A stretch of 64,000 nucleotides of DNA from Thermoanaerobaculia bacterium (GTDB lineage: Bacteria > Acidobacteriota > Thermoanaerobaculia > UBA5066). The translations under genes were made by a program, and so were the position numbers. The notes under the pieces were generated by a model. The model worked only from the letters and a program-made list of their open reading frames with translations, searched no databases and was not told the DNA's origin. Below, one piece after another: positions 50,892 to 60,314 of the stretch. Where the stretch lies: positions 544,001 to 608,000 of the forward strand of contig CAWFJJ010000001.1 of the NCBI GenBank assembly GCA_963816185.1. Direction: 5' to 3'. How positions within the stretch are numbered: position 1 is the first letter of the stretch; every line of letters begins with the position of its first letter.

Positions 50892-51417
50892 GGCTGGCTT
50901 CGGACGGGTAGCCCTTCTGGACCCAGTCCCGGCCGAAGTTCTTCGCGATGTAGAGGACCCTCACGCGCGTGAAGCCCGCCGCCTGCAGCATCGTCCACGG
51001 CTTCTCGAGGTTCGGGCAGCGCTCCCAGGGGCAGCAGCCGCAGTAAAGGACGATCGGGGTCGTCCTGGGGAGCGCCGCGACGGCTTTCCGAAGCGCGTCC
51101 ACCGCCGACGGGTCCATGCCTGGCCCCGCGTACCGCGACCCTGGGATGTGCGCCTGGGTGTAGAGGACGCGGAATCCGACGTGGAACATCACTGGCTTCT
51201 CGGCGCCTGGGGTCTGCAGGAGTTTCGCGAGCTCTTCCGGAGACGTCCGTTCCGCGTTCGGCCAGGAAGGGACGAGTTTCGCGGCCGGGACCGGCTCCTC
51301 GGAGCGCGCGCGGCCCGCCGGGAGGGACGCGAGCAGCGCGCCGAGGATCAGCAGCGCGCCGGTGCCCGCAACGTGGTGGCGCCGGCGGCCCGGGAGGGGA
51401 GAGAGAGTCGTGGTCAT
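50884..51417 (-). CDS. Secreted rhodanese-like protein (YCGCCP type)
   Basis: Signal peptide. HIPGS, IVLYCGCCPWERCPN and WVQKGYP. Confidence 0.85.
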   Translation of the reverse strand: MTTTLSPLPGRRRHHVAGTGALLILGALLASLPAGRARSEEPVPAAKLVPSWPNAERTSPEELAKLLQTPGAEKPVMFHVGFRVLYTQAHIPGSRYAGPGMDPSAVDALRKAVAALPRTTPIVLYCGCCPWERCPNLEKPWTMLQAAGFTRVRVLYIAKNFGRDWVQKGYPSEASRG

Positions 51418-51465
51418 GGGAACCTCCGTCGTCCTTGCTTCGGACCCTGCGCCATCATCGCCCGG

Positions 51466-52611
51466 TCAACGCTCGAGGCGGAACTCCCATCCGCAGCTGC
51501 CCTCGGCGCCGGCGTCCGGCGGGCAGTGCAGGCAGCGCGTCGTGATGCGCGGATCGACCGTGCTCGCGAACGTCGAGAACTCGACCTCGCCGACGGGCCG
51601 GCACGGGAAGTCGGGCAGGCCCTTCCGGCGGCGGGTCTCCTGCACCCGGCAGGACGTCATGAAGAACCGCAGGACTGGCCCGTCCCGCTCGATCCGGCTC
51701 GGGTTCACGAAGCTGTACGCGCGGAAGGAGAGCGCCCGCGCGAGGGCGTCGAGGCCGCCGTCCTTCGGGATCGCGTACGCCTCCAAGATGCGGCGTGCCT
51801 CGGCCGCAGCGAACCGCCGCCACGCTGCCGCGTCGAGCTCCATCGCTACGTCCATCCCGTGGCGCTCCTCGGCGGCCAGAAACCAGCTGCCGTCATGCGC
51901 GAGCCAGTTCTTCGCGAAGACATCGAGGGCCCTGAAGAGTCCGGCGCGGTCGAGCGCGTCGAACGCCGGCGGCGCCGCGGCGCGCGCAGCGGCCGCGGGG
52001 ATGCGGAAGGCCGCGAAGCGCTCGTGGTGGGCCTCGCCGGCGCCCGTCTCCTCGAGGCCGAGCCCCACGAGGAAACCGCGAGCCCAGTCGAGGGTGGCGG
52101 GGCCCTCCGGGTGCACGCCGCCTTCGGCCGCGAGGACGCGCGCCGCGAAGTCGAAACCCTCGCGAGAGAAGTCCGCGAGAACGAGGACGCCGCCGGACCG
52201 GACGACGCGGACGACCTCTCGGAGGACGGGCGCGCCATCGGCGAGGTGGTGGAGGACGTTGAACGAGACGGCGGCCGCGAACGCGCCGTCCGGGAAGGGA
52301 AGGGCGGCGCCGTCCGCGGGCGTGAAGCGCACGCGCGACTCGAGGCCCGTCCCTTCCGTCAGGGAGGCGGCGACCTCCTGGTCCTCGGCGCTCACGTCCA
52401 CGCTCTCGACCGCGAGACCCCGGCGTGCGAGCTCGCGGGCCATGACGCCCATCCCCGAGCCGAGGTCGAGGACGGGGCCTTCGAGCGGGCCGGCGCCGTC
52501 GAGGACGAGGGCCGCGGCGCGTGCACCGTCGTGTCCGAGGGCGGCGAACGCCTCCTGCCGCTTGAAGAAAGATTCCTTCCGCCGTGCGAGGTCGTCCGGA
52601 GTCGGTGTCAC
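51466..52611 (-). CDS. Class I SAM methyltransferase fused to a Cys-rich DUF6125-like domain
   Basis: Methyltransferase motifs VLDLGSGMG and LPFPDGAF..VLHHL. C-terminal KNWLAHDGSWF...CRVQETRRRKGLPDFPCRPVG...CLHCPPD...CGWEF. Confidence 0.8.
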   Translation of the reverse strand: MTPTPDDLARRKESFFKRQEAFAALGHDGARAAALVLDGAGPLEGPVLDLGSGMGVMARELARRGLAVESVDVSAEDQEVAASLTEGTGLESRVRFTPADGAALPFPDGAFAAAVSFNVLHHLADGAPVLREVVRVVRSGGVLVLADFSREGFDFAARVLAAEGGVHPEGPATLDWARGFLVGLGLEETGAGEAHHERFAAFRIPAAAARAAAPPAFDALDRAGLFRALDVFAKNWLAHDGSWFLAAEERHGMDVAMELDAAAWRRFAAAEARRILEAYAIPKDGGLDALARALSFRAYSFVNPSRIERDGPVLRFFMTSCRVQETRRRKGLPDFPCRPVGEVEFSTFASTVDPRITTRCLHCPPDAGAEGSCGWEFRLER

Positions 52612-52793
52612 GCGTCCGTTTCCTTCCTCGTCTCAGGCGAGTCCGTCTTCGTCCGGGTCGAGCAGCTCGTCCCGCCGCCGGCGGGACCTCTCGCCCCTCA
52701 CGTCGGGACACCGAGGCGCGGGAAGACGAACTTCTGGAGGAGAATCCACACGAGGAGCGCGCCCCACAGCCACGCGGCGTCGGCGCTCATCAT
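52608..52793 (-). CDS. Putative 61-aa membrane selenoprotein (UGA at codon 32)
   Basis: SD GGAG. Reads MMSADAAWLWGALLVWILLQKFVFPRLGVPT-UGA-GARGPAGGGTSCSTRTKTDSPETRKETDA. The final stop overlaps the next gene's GTG, and a hairpin follows the UGA. Confidence 0.6.
52669..52687 (-). promoter_or_regulatory. Candidate SECIS hairpin GUCCCGCC-GGC-GGCGGGAC
   Basis: Perfect 8-bp stem 10 nt after the in-frame UGA (52700-52698). The loop starts with G. Confidence 0.55.
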
Positions 52794-52831
52794 CGGCTCC
52801 GGGCGCCCGCGCGGGCGCGGCTCAACGCGGT

Positions 52832-52862
52832 CATGAATTACAATATAATCATTAAGTTATAG
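52832..52862. promoter_or_regulatory. AT-rich divergent promoter/operator with an ATAA-N8-TTAT palindrome
   Basis: CATGAATTACAATATAATCATTAAGTTATAG in a very GC-rich context. The palindrome spans 52845-52860. Confidence 0.55.
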
Positions 52863-54080
52863 ATGGTCAACTCCCCGGACCGCCGCCGCTCCCTCCTCTT
52901 CGCGTCGCCCGTCCTCGCGGCCCTGCCGATCGCGGCGGCGCTCGTCGGCGTCGCGCTTGTGGCGGCGAGCTCCCTCCGGGCGCGGGACGCGGCCGTGCGC
53001 GACGGGCTCCTTGCCCGCGCGGGTCACGAACTCGAGGCCCGGCTTCGGAACGACGGTCCCGAAGGCGCACCGCGGGCCCTCGGGGAGTTCCTGACCGCCA
53101 ACGCGACCCTCGTAAGGGGGGTCGAGGTGGTCGGACCTTCGGGGACGGCGGAACGCCGCGGCGAGACCGAGGGGACGCCGGTCGAGATGCCCGCGATGCT
53201 GGGCCCGGGCTGGCGGCCCGCCGGAGGCGGCGCGATGCCCGGCCTCGGCCTCCCGGAAGGCCATCGGGGCTCCGGCCGCGGTCCTTACACGCTCCGCTTC
53301 TATCCGGCCCGCGGCGCCGGAGCCGAGGGCGGCCTCGCGCTCGCTCTCGTCCTCGGGTCGGCTGCGGCGGGCGCAGGCCTCGTCGTCCTGTCGCTCGTGG
53401 CGGCGCGCGGCCTCGCCGAGCGCGCCCGGCGCGAGCGCCTCGAGGCCGAGCGCGAGCGGCTCGACGCCGTGGCCCTCACGGGCGCCGGCCTCGCCCACCG
53501 GGTCCGCAACCCTCTCGCCGCGATCAAGGGCACCGCGCAGCTCATGGCGGACCGCCCCGGCCAGCAGGTCGCCGAGCGTTCGCGCCGGATCGTCGAGGCG
53601 AGCGCCCGCATCGAGGAGCTCGTGACGCAGATTCTGAGGTTCGCCCGGCCCGTCGAGCCCCAGCCGGAGAGCCTCGACCTCGTCGCGCTCGCGAGCGAGG
53701 CCGCGGATCGCGCGGGCGGGGCCGTGACGGTCTCCGGCCCGCCGGCGGTGCGCGCGTTCGCGGACGGAGGCCACGCGGCCGACGTGCTCGACGAGCTTCT
53801 CGCGAACGCGCGTGCGCACGATCCCGCCGGGACTCTCGAGGTCGCCGCCGGGACGAGCGGCGGCGCGGCCTGGATCGAGGTCCGTGATCGCGGCCCGGGC
53901 CTCTCGGTGGATCCCGCGCATGCCTTCGACCCTTACGTGACGAGCCGGCCTGGCGGAACGGGGCTCGGCCTCCCGACGGTGAGGGCGCTCGCCCGCGCGA
54001 ACGGCGGCGAGGTGACTCTCGACGCGCGCGCGGACGGCGGCTGCGTGGCGCGGCTGAGCCTGCCGCAGAAGCCGGTCTGA
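52863..54080 (+). CDS. Membrane sensor histidine kinase
   Basis: Two TM segments, LAHRVRNPLAAIKG, ELLANA, DRGPG and GGTGLGL. Confidence 0.92.
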   Translation: MVNSPDRRRSLLFASPVLAALPIAAALVGVALVAASSLRARDAAVRDGLLARAGHELEARLRNDGPEGAPRALGEFLTANATLVRGVEVVGPSGTAERRGETEGTPVEMPAMLGPGWRPAGGGAMPGLGLPEGHRGSGRGPYTLRFYPARGAGAEGGLALALVLGSAAAGAGLVVLSLVAARGLAERARRERLEAERERLDAVALTGAGLAHRVRNPLAAIKGTAQLMADRPGQQVAERSRRIVEASARIEELVTQILRFARPVEPQPESLDLVALASEAADRAGGAVTVSGPPAVRAFADGGHAADVLDELLANARAHDPAGTLEVAAGTSGGAAWIEVRDRGPGLSVDPAHAFDPYVTSRPGGTGLGLPTVRALARANGGEVTLDARADGGCVARLSLPQKPV

Positions 54081-54081
54081 G

Positions 54082-55365
54082 ATGGCGCGCGTCCTCGTCG
54101 CCGACGACGATCCGTCCTTCCGCGCGCTCCTACGCGACATCCTCGAGGGGGAGGGGCACACCGTCGTCGAGGCCCGCGACGGGGAGGAGGCCCTGCGCTT
54201 GGCGCGCCGAGAGGCCTTCGCCCTCGTGCTGACAGACCGCCGGATGCCCGCACGGGACGGAATCGCGCTCCTCAAGGCGCTGCGGGCCGAGCTCCCGGCG
54301 CCGCCCCCCGTCGTCGTCTTGACCGGATTCGGGACGATCCCGGAGGCCGTCGAGGCCGTACACCTCGGCGCCGCCGACTACCTTGCCAAGCCGCTCGAAT
54401 CCCCGCGCGCGCTCCTCGCGGTGGTCGACCGGCTCCTCGCGCCCGAGGCGCCGGCGGAGGAGATCGTGACGGGCGACGCCGGGCTCCGCGAGATCCTCGC
54501 GCTCGTCGATCGCGTCGCCCCCGCCGACGTGCCGGTCCTCGTGACGGGCGAGTCGGGCACGGGCAAGGAGCTCGTCGCGCGGCGGATTCACGCGCGCTCG
54601 CCGCGCGCCGCGGGCCCGTTCGTCGCCGTCAACGCGGCGGCGCTTCCCGAGTCGCTCGCCGAGAGCGAGCTCTTCGGGCACGAGCGCGGCGCCTTCACGG
54701 GCGCGGACCGTGCCCGGGCAGGGCGTTTCGAGGAGGCGAACGGCGGGACTCTGTTCCTCGACGAGATCGGGGATCTCGCCGCGCCCCTCCAGGCCAAGCT
54801 CCTGCGCGTCCTCGAGGACGGCCGCGTGCGGCGCCTCGGAAGCGAGCGGGACGTGACGGTCGACGTCCGACTCGTGGCCGCCACGAACCGCGACCTCGCG
54901 CGCGAAGTCGAGGCCGGCCGGTTCCGGCGCGACCTCTTCTTCCGCCTCGCCGTCGTCCCCGTCGCCCTGCCGCCGCTGCGCGAGCGACGGGCCGACATTC
55001 CGCTCCTCGCGCGCCATTTCGCGGTGCGCCTCGCGGCGCGGCACCGCCTGCCGGTGCCCGAGCTCACGCCGGAAGCGCTCGACGCACTCGAAGCGCACGA
55101 CTGGCCTGGCAACGTCCGCGAGCTGCGCAACGCGCTCGAACGCGCGGTGGTGGTCCGCGGCGGCCAGGCGATCCGGGGAGAGGACGTTCGCCCGGCCGCG
55201 GCCTCGGGCACGCAGGTGCTCACGCTCGACGAGGAAACACGCGAGCGTGAGGCCGCACTCGAGGCCCTGCGTCTCTCGGGCGGCAACCGGGACGCGGCCG
55301 CCCGCCGCCTCGGAATCTCCGTGCGCACGCTCTATTACCGCCTCCGGCGCTGGGGCCTGAACTGA
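54082..55365 (+). CDS. NtrC-family sigma-54 response regulator
   Basis: Receiver domain (VADDD, TDRRMP), [22 protein letters not shown] and an HTH. Confidence 0.94.
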   Translation: MARVLVADDDPSFRALLRDILEGEGHTVVEARDGEEALRLARREAFALVLTDRRMPARDGIALLKALRAELPAPPPVVVLTGFGTIPEAVEAVHLGAADYLAKPLESPRALLAVVDRLLAPEAPAEEIVTGDAGLREILALVDRVAPADVPVLVTGESGTGKELVARRIHARSPRAAGPFVAVNAAALPESLAESELFGHERGAFTGADRARAGRFEEANGGTLFLDEIGDLAAPLQAKLLRVLEDGRVRRLGSERDVTVDVRLVAATNRDLAREVEAGRFRRDLFFRLAVVPVALPPLRERRADIPLLARHFAVRLAARHRLPVPELTPEALDALEAHDWPGNVRELRNALERAVVVRGGQAIRGEDVRPAAASGTQVLTLDEETREREAALEALRLSGGNRDAAARRLGISVRTLYYRLRRWGLN

Positions 55366-55492
55366 CTGCAGCACGTGCGGGGCAGACTGCAGATCGTGCA
55401 GGCCGGAGAGGCGCATCGGACCGACGGGATCGACACAAGACACTGACAGGCCGTCCCTTGTATCGCCGGTCCCTGTTGGCAAGGCCCGTGCA
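55364..55492 (+). promoter_or_regulatory. Tandem enhancer sites (GACTGCAG-N3-GTGC, 2 copies) and sigma-54 promoter TGGCAAGGCCCGTGCA
   Basis: Repeats start at 55364 and ~55386. The -24/-12 element is at 55477-55492, upstream of the ORF at 55521. Confidence 0.6.
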
Positions 55493-55520
55493 GACGGACC
55501 GGGAGAGAAGGAGATCAACC

Positions 55521-56039
55521 ATGAACAAGAAGATCGCCACACTGGCCCTCATCGCCCTCGCCCTCCCGGCTGCCGCTCAGATGGGCCGCGGCCCCGCGAA
55601 CGGAATGCCCGCAGCGCAGGCGACCCAGGTCGACGTCACGAAGTCGTCCACCGTCCTCGGCGACGTCGTCTCGCTCAAGGGCGGCCCCGGTCTCGGCATG
55701 CCGACCCTGACCGTGAGGGTCAGTGGCAAGGAGGAGTCGTACGTCCTCGGCGGGTACCGGTATCTCGCCGCGCAGAACTTCGTGCCCGTCGCCGGCGATG
55801 CCGTCCGGCTCCTGCTCTACGCGTGTGCCGCGTGCCCGCAGGGTTCCGTCGTCGCGGAAGTCGAGAACCTCACGCAGAAGACCACGTTGAAGCTCCGGAA
55901 CGCCGACGGGACGCCGGTCTTCTCCGGCGCTCGCAGAGGGCGCCTGGGGGCGCGCGCGGGTGCCGGCTGCTGCGGCGGCAACGGCGGCGGCCCGATGGAC
56001 GGGACCGGCCCGAACCCGAACTGCCCGAAGAAGTCCTGA
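55521..56039 (+). CDS. Secreted hypothetical protein (OB-fold-like core, Cys-rich tail)
   Basis: SD AAGGAG and a signal peptide. CAAC, LRNADGTPVF and a GCCGG...NPNCP tail. Confidence 0.75.
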   Translation: MNKKIATLALIALALPAAAQMGRGPANGMPAAQATQVDVTKSSTVLGDVVSLKGGPGLGMPTLTVRVSGKEESYVLGGYRYLAAQNFVPVAGDAVRLLLYACAACPQGSVVAEVENLTQKTTLKLRNADGTPVFSGARRGRLGARAGAGCCGGNGGGPMDGTGPNPNCPKKS

Positions 56040-56071
56040 GGCTCGCTTCGCTCGCGGGCGGGAGCTCGGCC

Positions 56072-57298
56072 TCACACCCGCGAGATCGCGGCTCCCGCCG
56101 GGACGACCTCCGCGGCCTTCTCGAGCGCCTGCGCGAGGTCCGCGATCAGGTCGCGCACGTCCTCACAGCCGACGGAGAGACGGACGAGGTCGTCGGTGAT
56201 CCCGGCGGCCTCGCGCTCGTGCCGGGGCATCCCCGCGTGCGTCATCGAGGCGGGGTGCTCGATGAGCGTCTCGACGCCTCCCAGGCTCACGGCGAGCGTC
56301 GCGAGCCTCACGGAGTCGATGAAAGCCTTGCCCGCCTCGAGCCCGCCCCTGACACCAAACGAGAAGACGGCGCCCGGCCCGGACATCTGGCGCGCGGCGA
56401 GCGCGTGCTGCGGGTGGCTCGGGAGGCCGGGATGGAGGACCCACGCGACGCCGGGGTGCGCTTCGAGGAAGCGGGCGATCTCCAGGGCGTTCGTTTGCGC
56501 GCGCTCCATTCTGAGTCCGAGGGTCTTGACACCCCTGAGGACGAGCCACGCCTGGTGCGGGTCCATCGTCCCGCCGAAGGCGACGTGCACCTTGCGGAGC
56601 CTCTCGAGGAGCGCGGGCGTGCCCGCGATGATCGCGCCGCCGAGAACGTCCGTGTGGCCGGCGAGGTATTTCGTGAGGCTGTGGACCACGACGTCGGCCC
56701 CGAGGGCGAGCGGCTGCTGGAGAACCGGCGAGGCGAAGGTGTTGTCCACGACGAGGAGCGCGCCGTGCCGGTGCGCGATGTCCGCGCAGGCGGCGATGTC
56801 CGTGAGCTTCATCGTCGGGTTCGCCGGAGTCTCGAGGTAGACCATCTTCGTCGAGGGCCGCATCGCGGCCGCGACGTTTTCCGGCTTCGACGAGTCGACC
56901 CACGTCGAGGCGACGCCGAAACGCCGGTACTCGCCCTCCAGGACGAGGCGCGACGGCCCGTAGACCGAGTCGGTCCCGACGACGTGCGCGCCCTGCTCGA
57001 GGAACGTGACGTAGACCGTGTTGATCGCGGCCATGCCGGTCGCGGCGCCGAGCGCGCCGCAGCCGCCCTCGAGCGTCGCGAGGCACTCTTCGAGGGCCGC
57101 GACGGTCGGGTTTCCCAGACGCGTGTACTTGTACCCGGGATCTTTCCCCTGGAAGCGGGCCGCGCCCTCGTCCGCGTTCTTGAACGCGAACGTGGACGTC
57201 TGATAGATCGGCGTCGAGACGGCGCCCGTGGCGGGATCGGGGTGCTGCCCCGCGTGGATGATCCGGGTGGCCGGGTGCATTCGGCGGATGTCGGTCAT
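56072..57298 (-). CDS. Cys/Met-metabolism PLP enzyme (methionine or cystathionine gamma-lyase family)
   Basis: PIYQTSTF, YTRLGNPT, ETPANP, VDNTFASP, HSLTKYLAGH and VSLGGVETLIEHPASMTH. Confidence 0.92.
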   Translation of the reverse strand: MTDIRRMHPATRIIHAGQHPDPATGAVSTPIYQTSTFAFKNADEGAARFQGKDPGYKYTRLGNPTVAALEECLATLEGGCGALGAATGMAAINTVYVTFLEQGAHVVGTDSVYGPSRLVLEGEYRRFGVASTWVDSSKPENVAAAMRPSTKMVYLETPANPTMKLTDIAACADIAHRHGALLVVDNTFASPVLQQPLALGADVVVHSLTKYLAGHTDVLGGAIIAGTPALLERLRKVHVAFGGTMDPHQAWLVLRGVKTLGLRMERAQTNALEIARFLEAHPGVAWVLHPGLPSHPQHALAARQMSGPGAVFSFGVRGGLEAGKAFIDSVRLATLAVSLGGVETLIEHPASMTHAGMPRHEREAAGITDDLVRLSVGCEDVRDLIADLAQALEKAAEVVPAGAAISRV

Positions 57299-57334
57299 GG
57301 CGTTTCCCTTTCCGTTCGCGAGCGGGGGCGCGGA

Positions 57335-58850
57335 CTACCGCCGCACCCACTCGCCTGCTTCATCCCGGAGCTCGTAGCCGTCCGCGAGCTCCCGGCCGCG
57401 GCGGGCGATGTGGTCGACGCCCTCGAGGAGCGTCTGGAACTCGTCCTCGGTGACCGTCGGCGAGAGGCTGATGCGGACCCACCCCGGCTTCTCGCCGAGG
57501 TGTCCCTCGTCGAGCCGGTGGCGGATCGCCTTCGAGCGCGCCTCGTCGATCTGGAGGAGGAGGTGCCCGTACGGACCCGCGCACATGCAGCCGGCCCGCA
57601 CCTGGATCCCGAAGAGGTCGTTCAGGAGCCGGGACGCGAGGTTGTGGTGGACGCTGGGGAAGATCACCGAGAGGACGCCGAGGCGCCGCGTCCCGAGGTT
57701 GCCGAGGAGGTAGAGATCGTCGCGCCCGCGAAAGACGCGGATCGCGCGAGAGAGATAGTCCTGCTCGATGCGTTCCGTGCGCGCGGCGCCGACGGCGGCC
57801 TTGAGGTCGAAGGCGAGCCCCGCCTGGATCGTCTGGACGATGGGGGGCGTCCCTCCCGTCTCGCGCGACTCGATCGCGCCGAGATAGCGGTGATCCCACG
57901 GGGAGGTGTAGAGAACCGTCCCGCCGCCGGGCTCCGCCGGAACGCGGTTCGTGAAGAGGCGCCGGTGCGCGACGAGGAGGCCCGGCGTCCGCGGACCGCC
58001 CAGGAACTTGTGGACGGAGAAGAACACGGCGTCGAGGGTTCCCTCCGGGTCGCCCGGAGGGTGCATGTCCACGTCCACGTACGGGCCCGCCGCGGCGAAG
58101 TCGAAGAACGCGAGCGCGCCGTGCCGGTGGAGGACGCGCGCGAGGCCGTGGACGTCGTTCAGGATCCCGGTGACGTTCGAGGCCGCGCTGAAGGTCCCGA
58201 TTTTCCAGGGGCGGTCCTCGTGCGCGGCGAGCTTCCGGTCGAGGTCCTCGAGGCTGATCCGCCCGTCCGCGTCGAACTCCACGTAGACGGAATCGCCGAT
58301 CGTCTCGCGCCATGCGATGTCGTTCGAGTGGTGCTCCATGAGCGACCGGAAGACGACGGGTCTGCCCTCCTTCGGGATGAGGCCCTGCGAGAGAGAAGCG
58401 CTCGTCGAGCTGGTCCGGGAGCCTGATTCCGAGGACGTGGATGAGCCGGTTGATCGCGCCGGTCGAGCCCGATCCGACGGGAATGACGACGTCGTCCCGC
58501 GTCGCCCCGATGTACGCCCCGATCTTCCGGAGGGCCCCTTCGTAGCGCTCGGTCATGAAGCGCCCGGTGAAGCTGCTTTCCGTGTGCGTGTTCGCCATGA
58601 AGGGGAGGACGCGTTCGTTCAGCTCCTCCTCGACCTCGCGGTGGAAGCGGCCGGAGGCGATGAAGTCGAAGTAGCGGAGGGGCACCTCGCCGAGGGGACC
58701 GGGGATCGTGGCTCCGGCGCCGACCACGCGACCGCGCAGAGTCGCGAGGAACGCGGCCTCTTCGGCCGGCGAGGACGTGACGACGGGACCGCGGGGCGCG
58801 GCGGACGCCGCGTCGACGAGGCGGGGCGGCCCGGGAGCGGCGCCGGTCAG
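57335..58850 (-). CDS. Class-V aminotransferase / cysteine desulfurase-like protein, one frameshift near 58385; start uncertain (CTG 58850 or GTG 58727)
   Basis: YFDFIASG, ANTHTE and GSTGAIN in one frame. EHHSN, AASNVTG, SVHKFLGG, ETGGTP and RAGCMCAGPY in the next. Confidence 0.82.
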
Positions 58851-59221
58851 CGGCGGCCGCCTCGGCGGATGCGCGGGCGGGCGCGCCCGAGGATCGCGTC
58901 GGCCCTGTCGCGGGCTCCGCGCTCGACGCCCTCGCAGACGATCGAGCAGATCTTCAAGAGGGTGGGATCCGCGATCGAGTAGACGGTGCGCGTGCCGTCC
59001 TTGCGCCGGTCCACGAGCCCCGAGCCGTAGAGGACCGCGAGGTGCTTGCTCACGTTCGCCTGCGTGCCGCCGACCTCATCGAGGATGTCTCCGACGGAGG
59101 CCGCGCTCCGGAACAGCCGCCTCAGAATCTTGAGGCGCATCGGCTCGGAGAGCGCCCGGAAACGCACGGCGACCTCGTCGCAGGCCGCGTCGGTCAACGG
59201 AAGGTGCGCGTTCATCGCCAT
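58847..59221 (-). CDS. ArsR/SmtB family repressor (copy 1)
   Basis: FRALSEPMRLKIL, TQANVSKHL and C-terminal KICSIVC. Confidence 0.92.
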   Translation of the reverse strand: MAMNAHLPLTDAACDEVAVRFRALSEPMRLKILRRLFRSAASVGDILDEVGGTQANVSKHLAVLYGSGLVDRRKDGTRTVYSIADPTLLKICSIVCEGVERGARDRADAILGRARPRIRRGGRR

Positions 59222-59305
59222 ATGGTGATCATCGTGCCCGCGGCAGGGGAGGTCAATGATACCGATGGAGGAGCCGCCTTCTCGAGGGTCTGCCTCGGCT
59301 GGTCG

Positions 59306-60190
59306 TCAGTCTTCGGGCCTGTCATGAACCGAATACTGGACCGTATTCTTCCCCTCGCGCTTGCCTTTCAGGAGCAAGCCGTCGGCGAGGGCAATCATTT
59401 GCGACACGTCGCGAGGCGGAACCATGCACACGAGGGCGCCCATCGTGAGCGTCACCGTGAGGCCCTCCGCCGCGGACTCTGCCTCCAGCGTATGGCGGAG
59501 CTTCTCGAGGGCGGCGCGAGCCGATTCGTAATCGGTTTCCGGCAGCACGAGGCCGAACTCGTCTCCACCCACTCGCGCCACGCGGTCGATGCTTCGAAGG
59601 GTCTGTCTCATCGTGTCTGCGACTTTCCGCAGGACCGCGTCGCCCCGGTTGTGGCCGAGCCGGTCATTGATGCTCTTGAAATCGTCGACGTCCGCGTAGA
59701 CGAGCGTGAACGGGCGGCCGTACCGCGACGCGCGCGCGAGCTCGAGACCGGCCTCCTCGTGAAATGAGCGCACGTTCCCGATTCCGGTCAGGAAGTCGGT
59801 CCGCGCCGACAGCGATTCCTCGTTGAGGCGCGTCTTCAGGCGGGTGAGCCCATACGCCGCAACGACGAGCAGCACGAGGCGCTTCATCGTGATGACGGCC
59901 GCGATCATCGGCTGGGCAAGAGTTCCTTCGGCAATCTCGACCGAGAGCCAGACGAGGACGGTCGCGACGGCGACGCCTGTGGCTCCTCGGAACCCCGCGA
60001 ACCAGGCCGCAACCGCCACCGGGAGCGCATAGACCAGGGATAGCCCGAGGTCCGGTCCCGCGAGGTAGTCGAGGGCACCGATCCCGAGGGCGAGGCCAAG
60101 CATCGCCAGAGTCCAGAAACCGGACCGCCGGGAGCGTGGCGCGATCGCGGCGAAATCGGAACCGGGAGGACGGCCCAGGGGAGTGAGCAT
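59306..60190 (-). CDS. Membrane-anchored diguanylate cyclase
   Basis: N-terminal TM helices, TDFLTG, DVDDFKSINDRLGH and ARVGGDEF. Confidence 0.92.
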   Translation of the reverse strand: MLTPLGRPPGSDFAAIAPRSRRSGFWTLAMLGLALGIGALDYLAGPDLGLSLVYALPVAVAAWFAGFRGATGVAVATVLVWLSVEIAEGTLAQPMIAAVITMKRLVLLVVAAYGLTRLKTRLNEESLSARTDFLTGIGNVRSFHEEAGLELARASRYGRPFTLVYADVDDFKSINDRLGHNRGDAVLRKVADTMRQTLRSIDRVARVGGDEFGLVLPETDYESARAALEKLRHTLEAESAAEGLTVTLTMGALVCMVPPRDVSQMIALADGLLLKGKREGKNTVQYSVHDRPED

Positions 60191-60314
60191 GTTCAGGAAG
60201 CGGGCCCTCCTTTCCGGCGTGCGCCGAGCGATGTCAGATTGCCAGTCGAGAGTCTATTGAGGTCTCACGAAATGAGTCCCCAGAGGGCGGGCCGGACGTT
60301 CGGGCAGAGACCGA

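Noticed and set aside
55521-56039. Resemblance to MamS/MamX-like domains suggesting magnetosome genes
   Set aside because: The similarity is weak and by eye only, there is no CxxCH magnetochrome motif, and no other mam genes are present.
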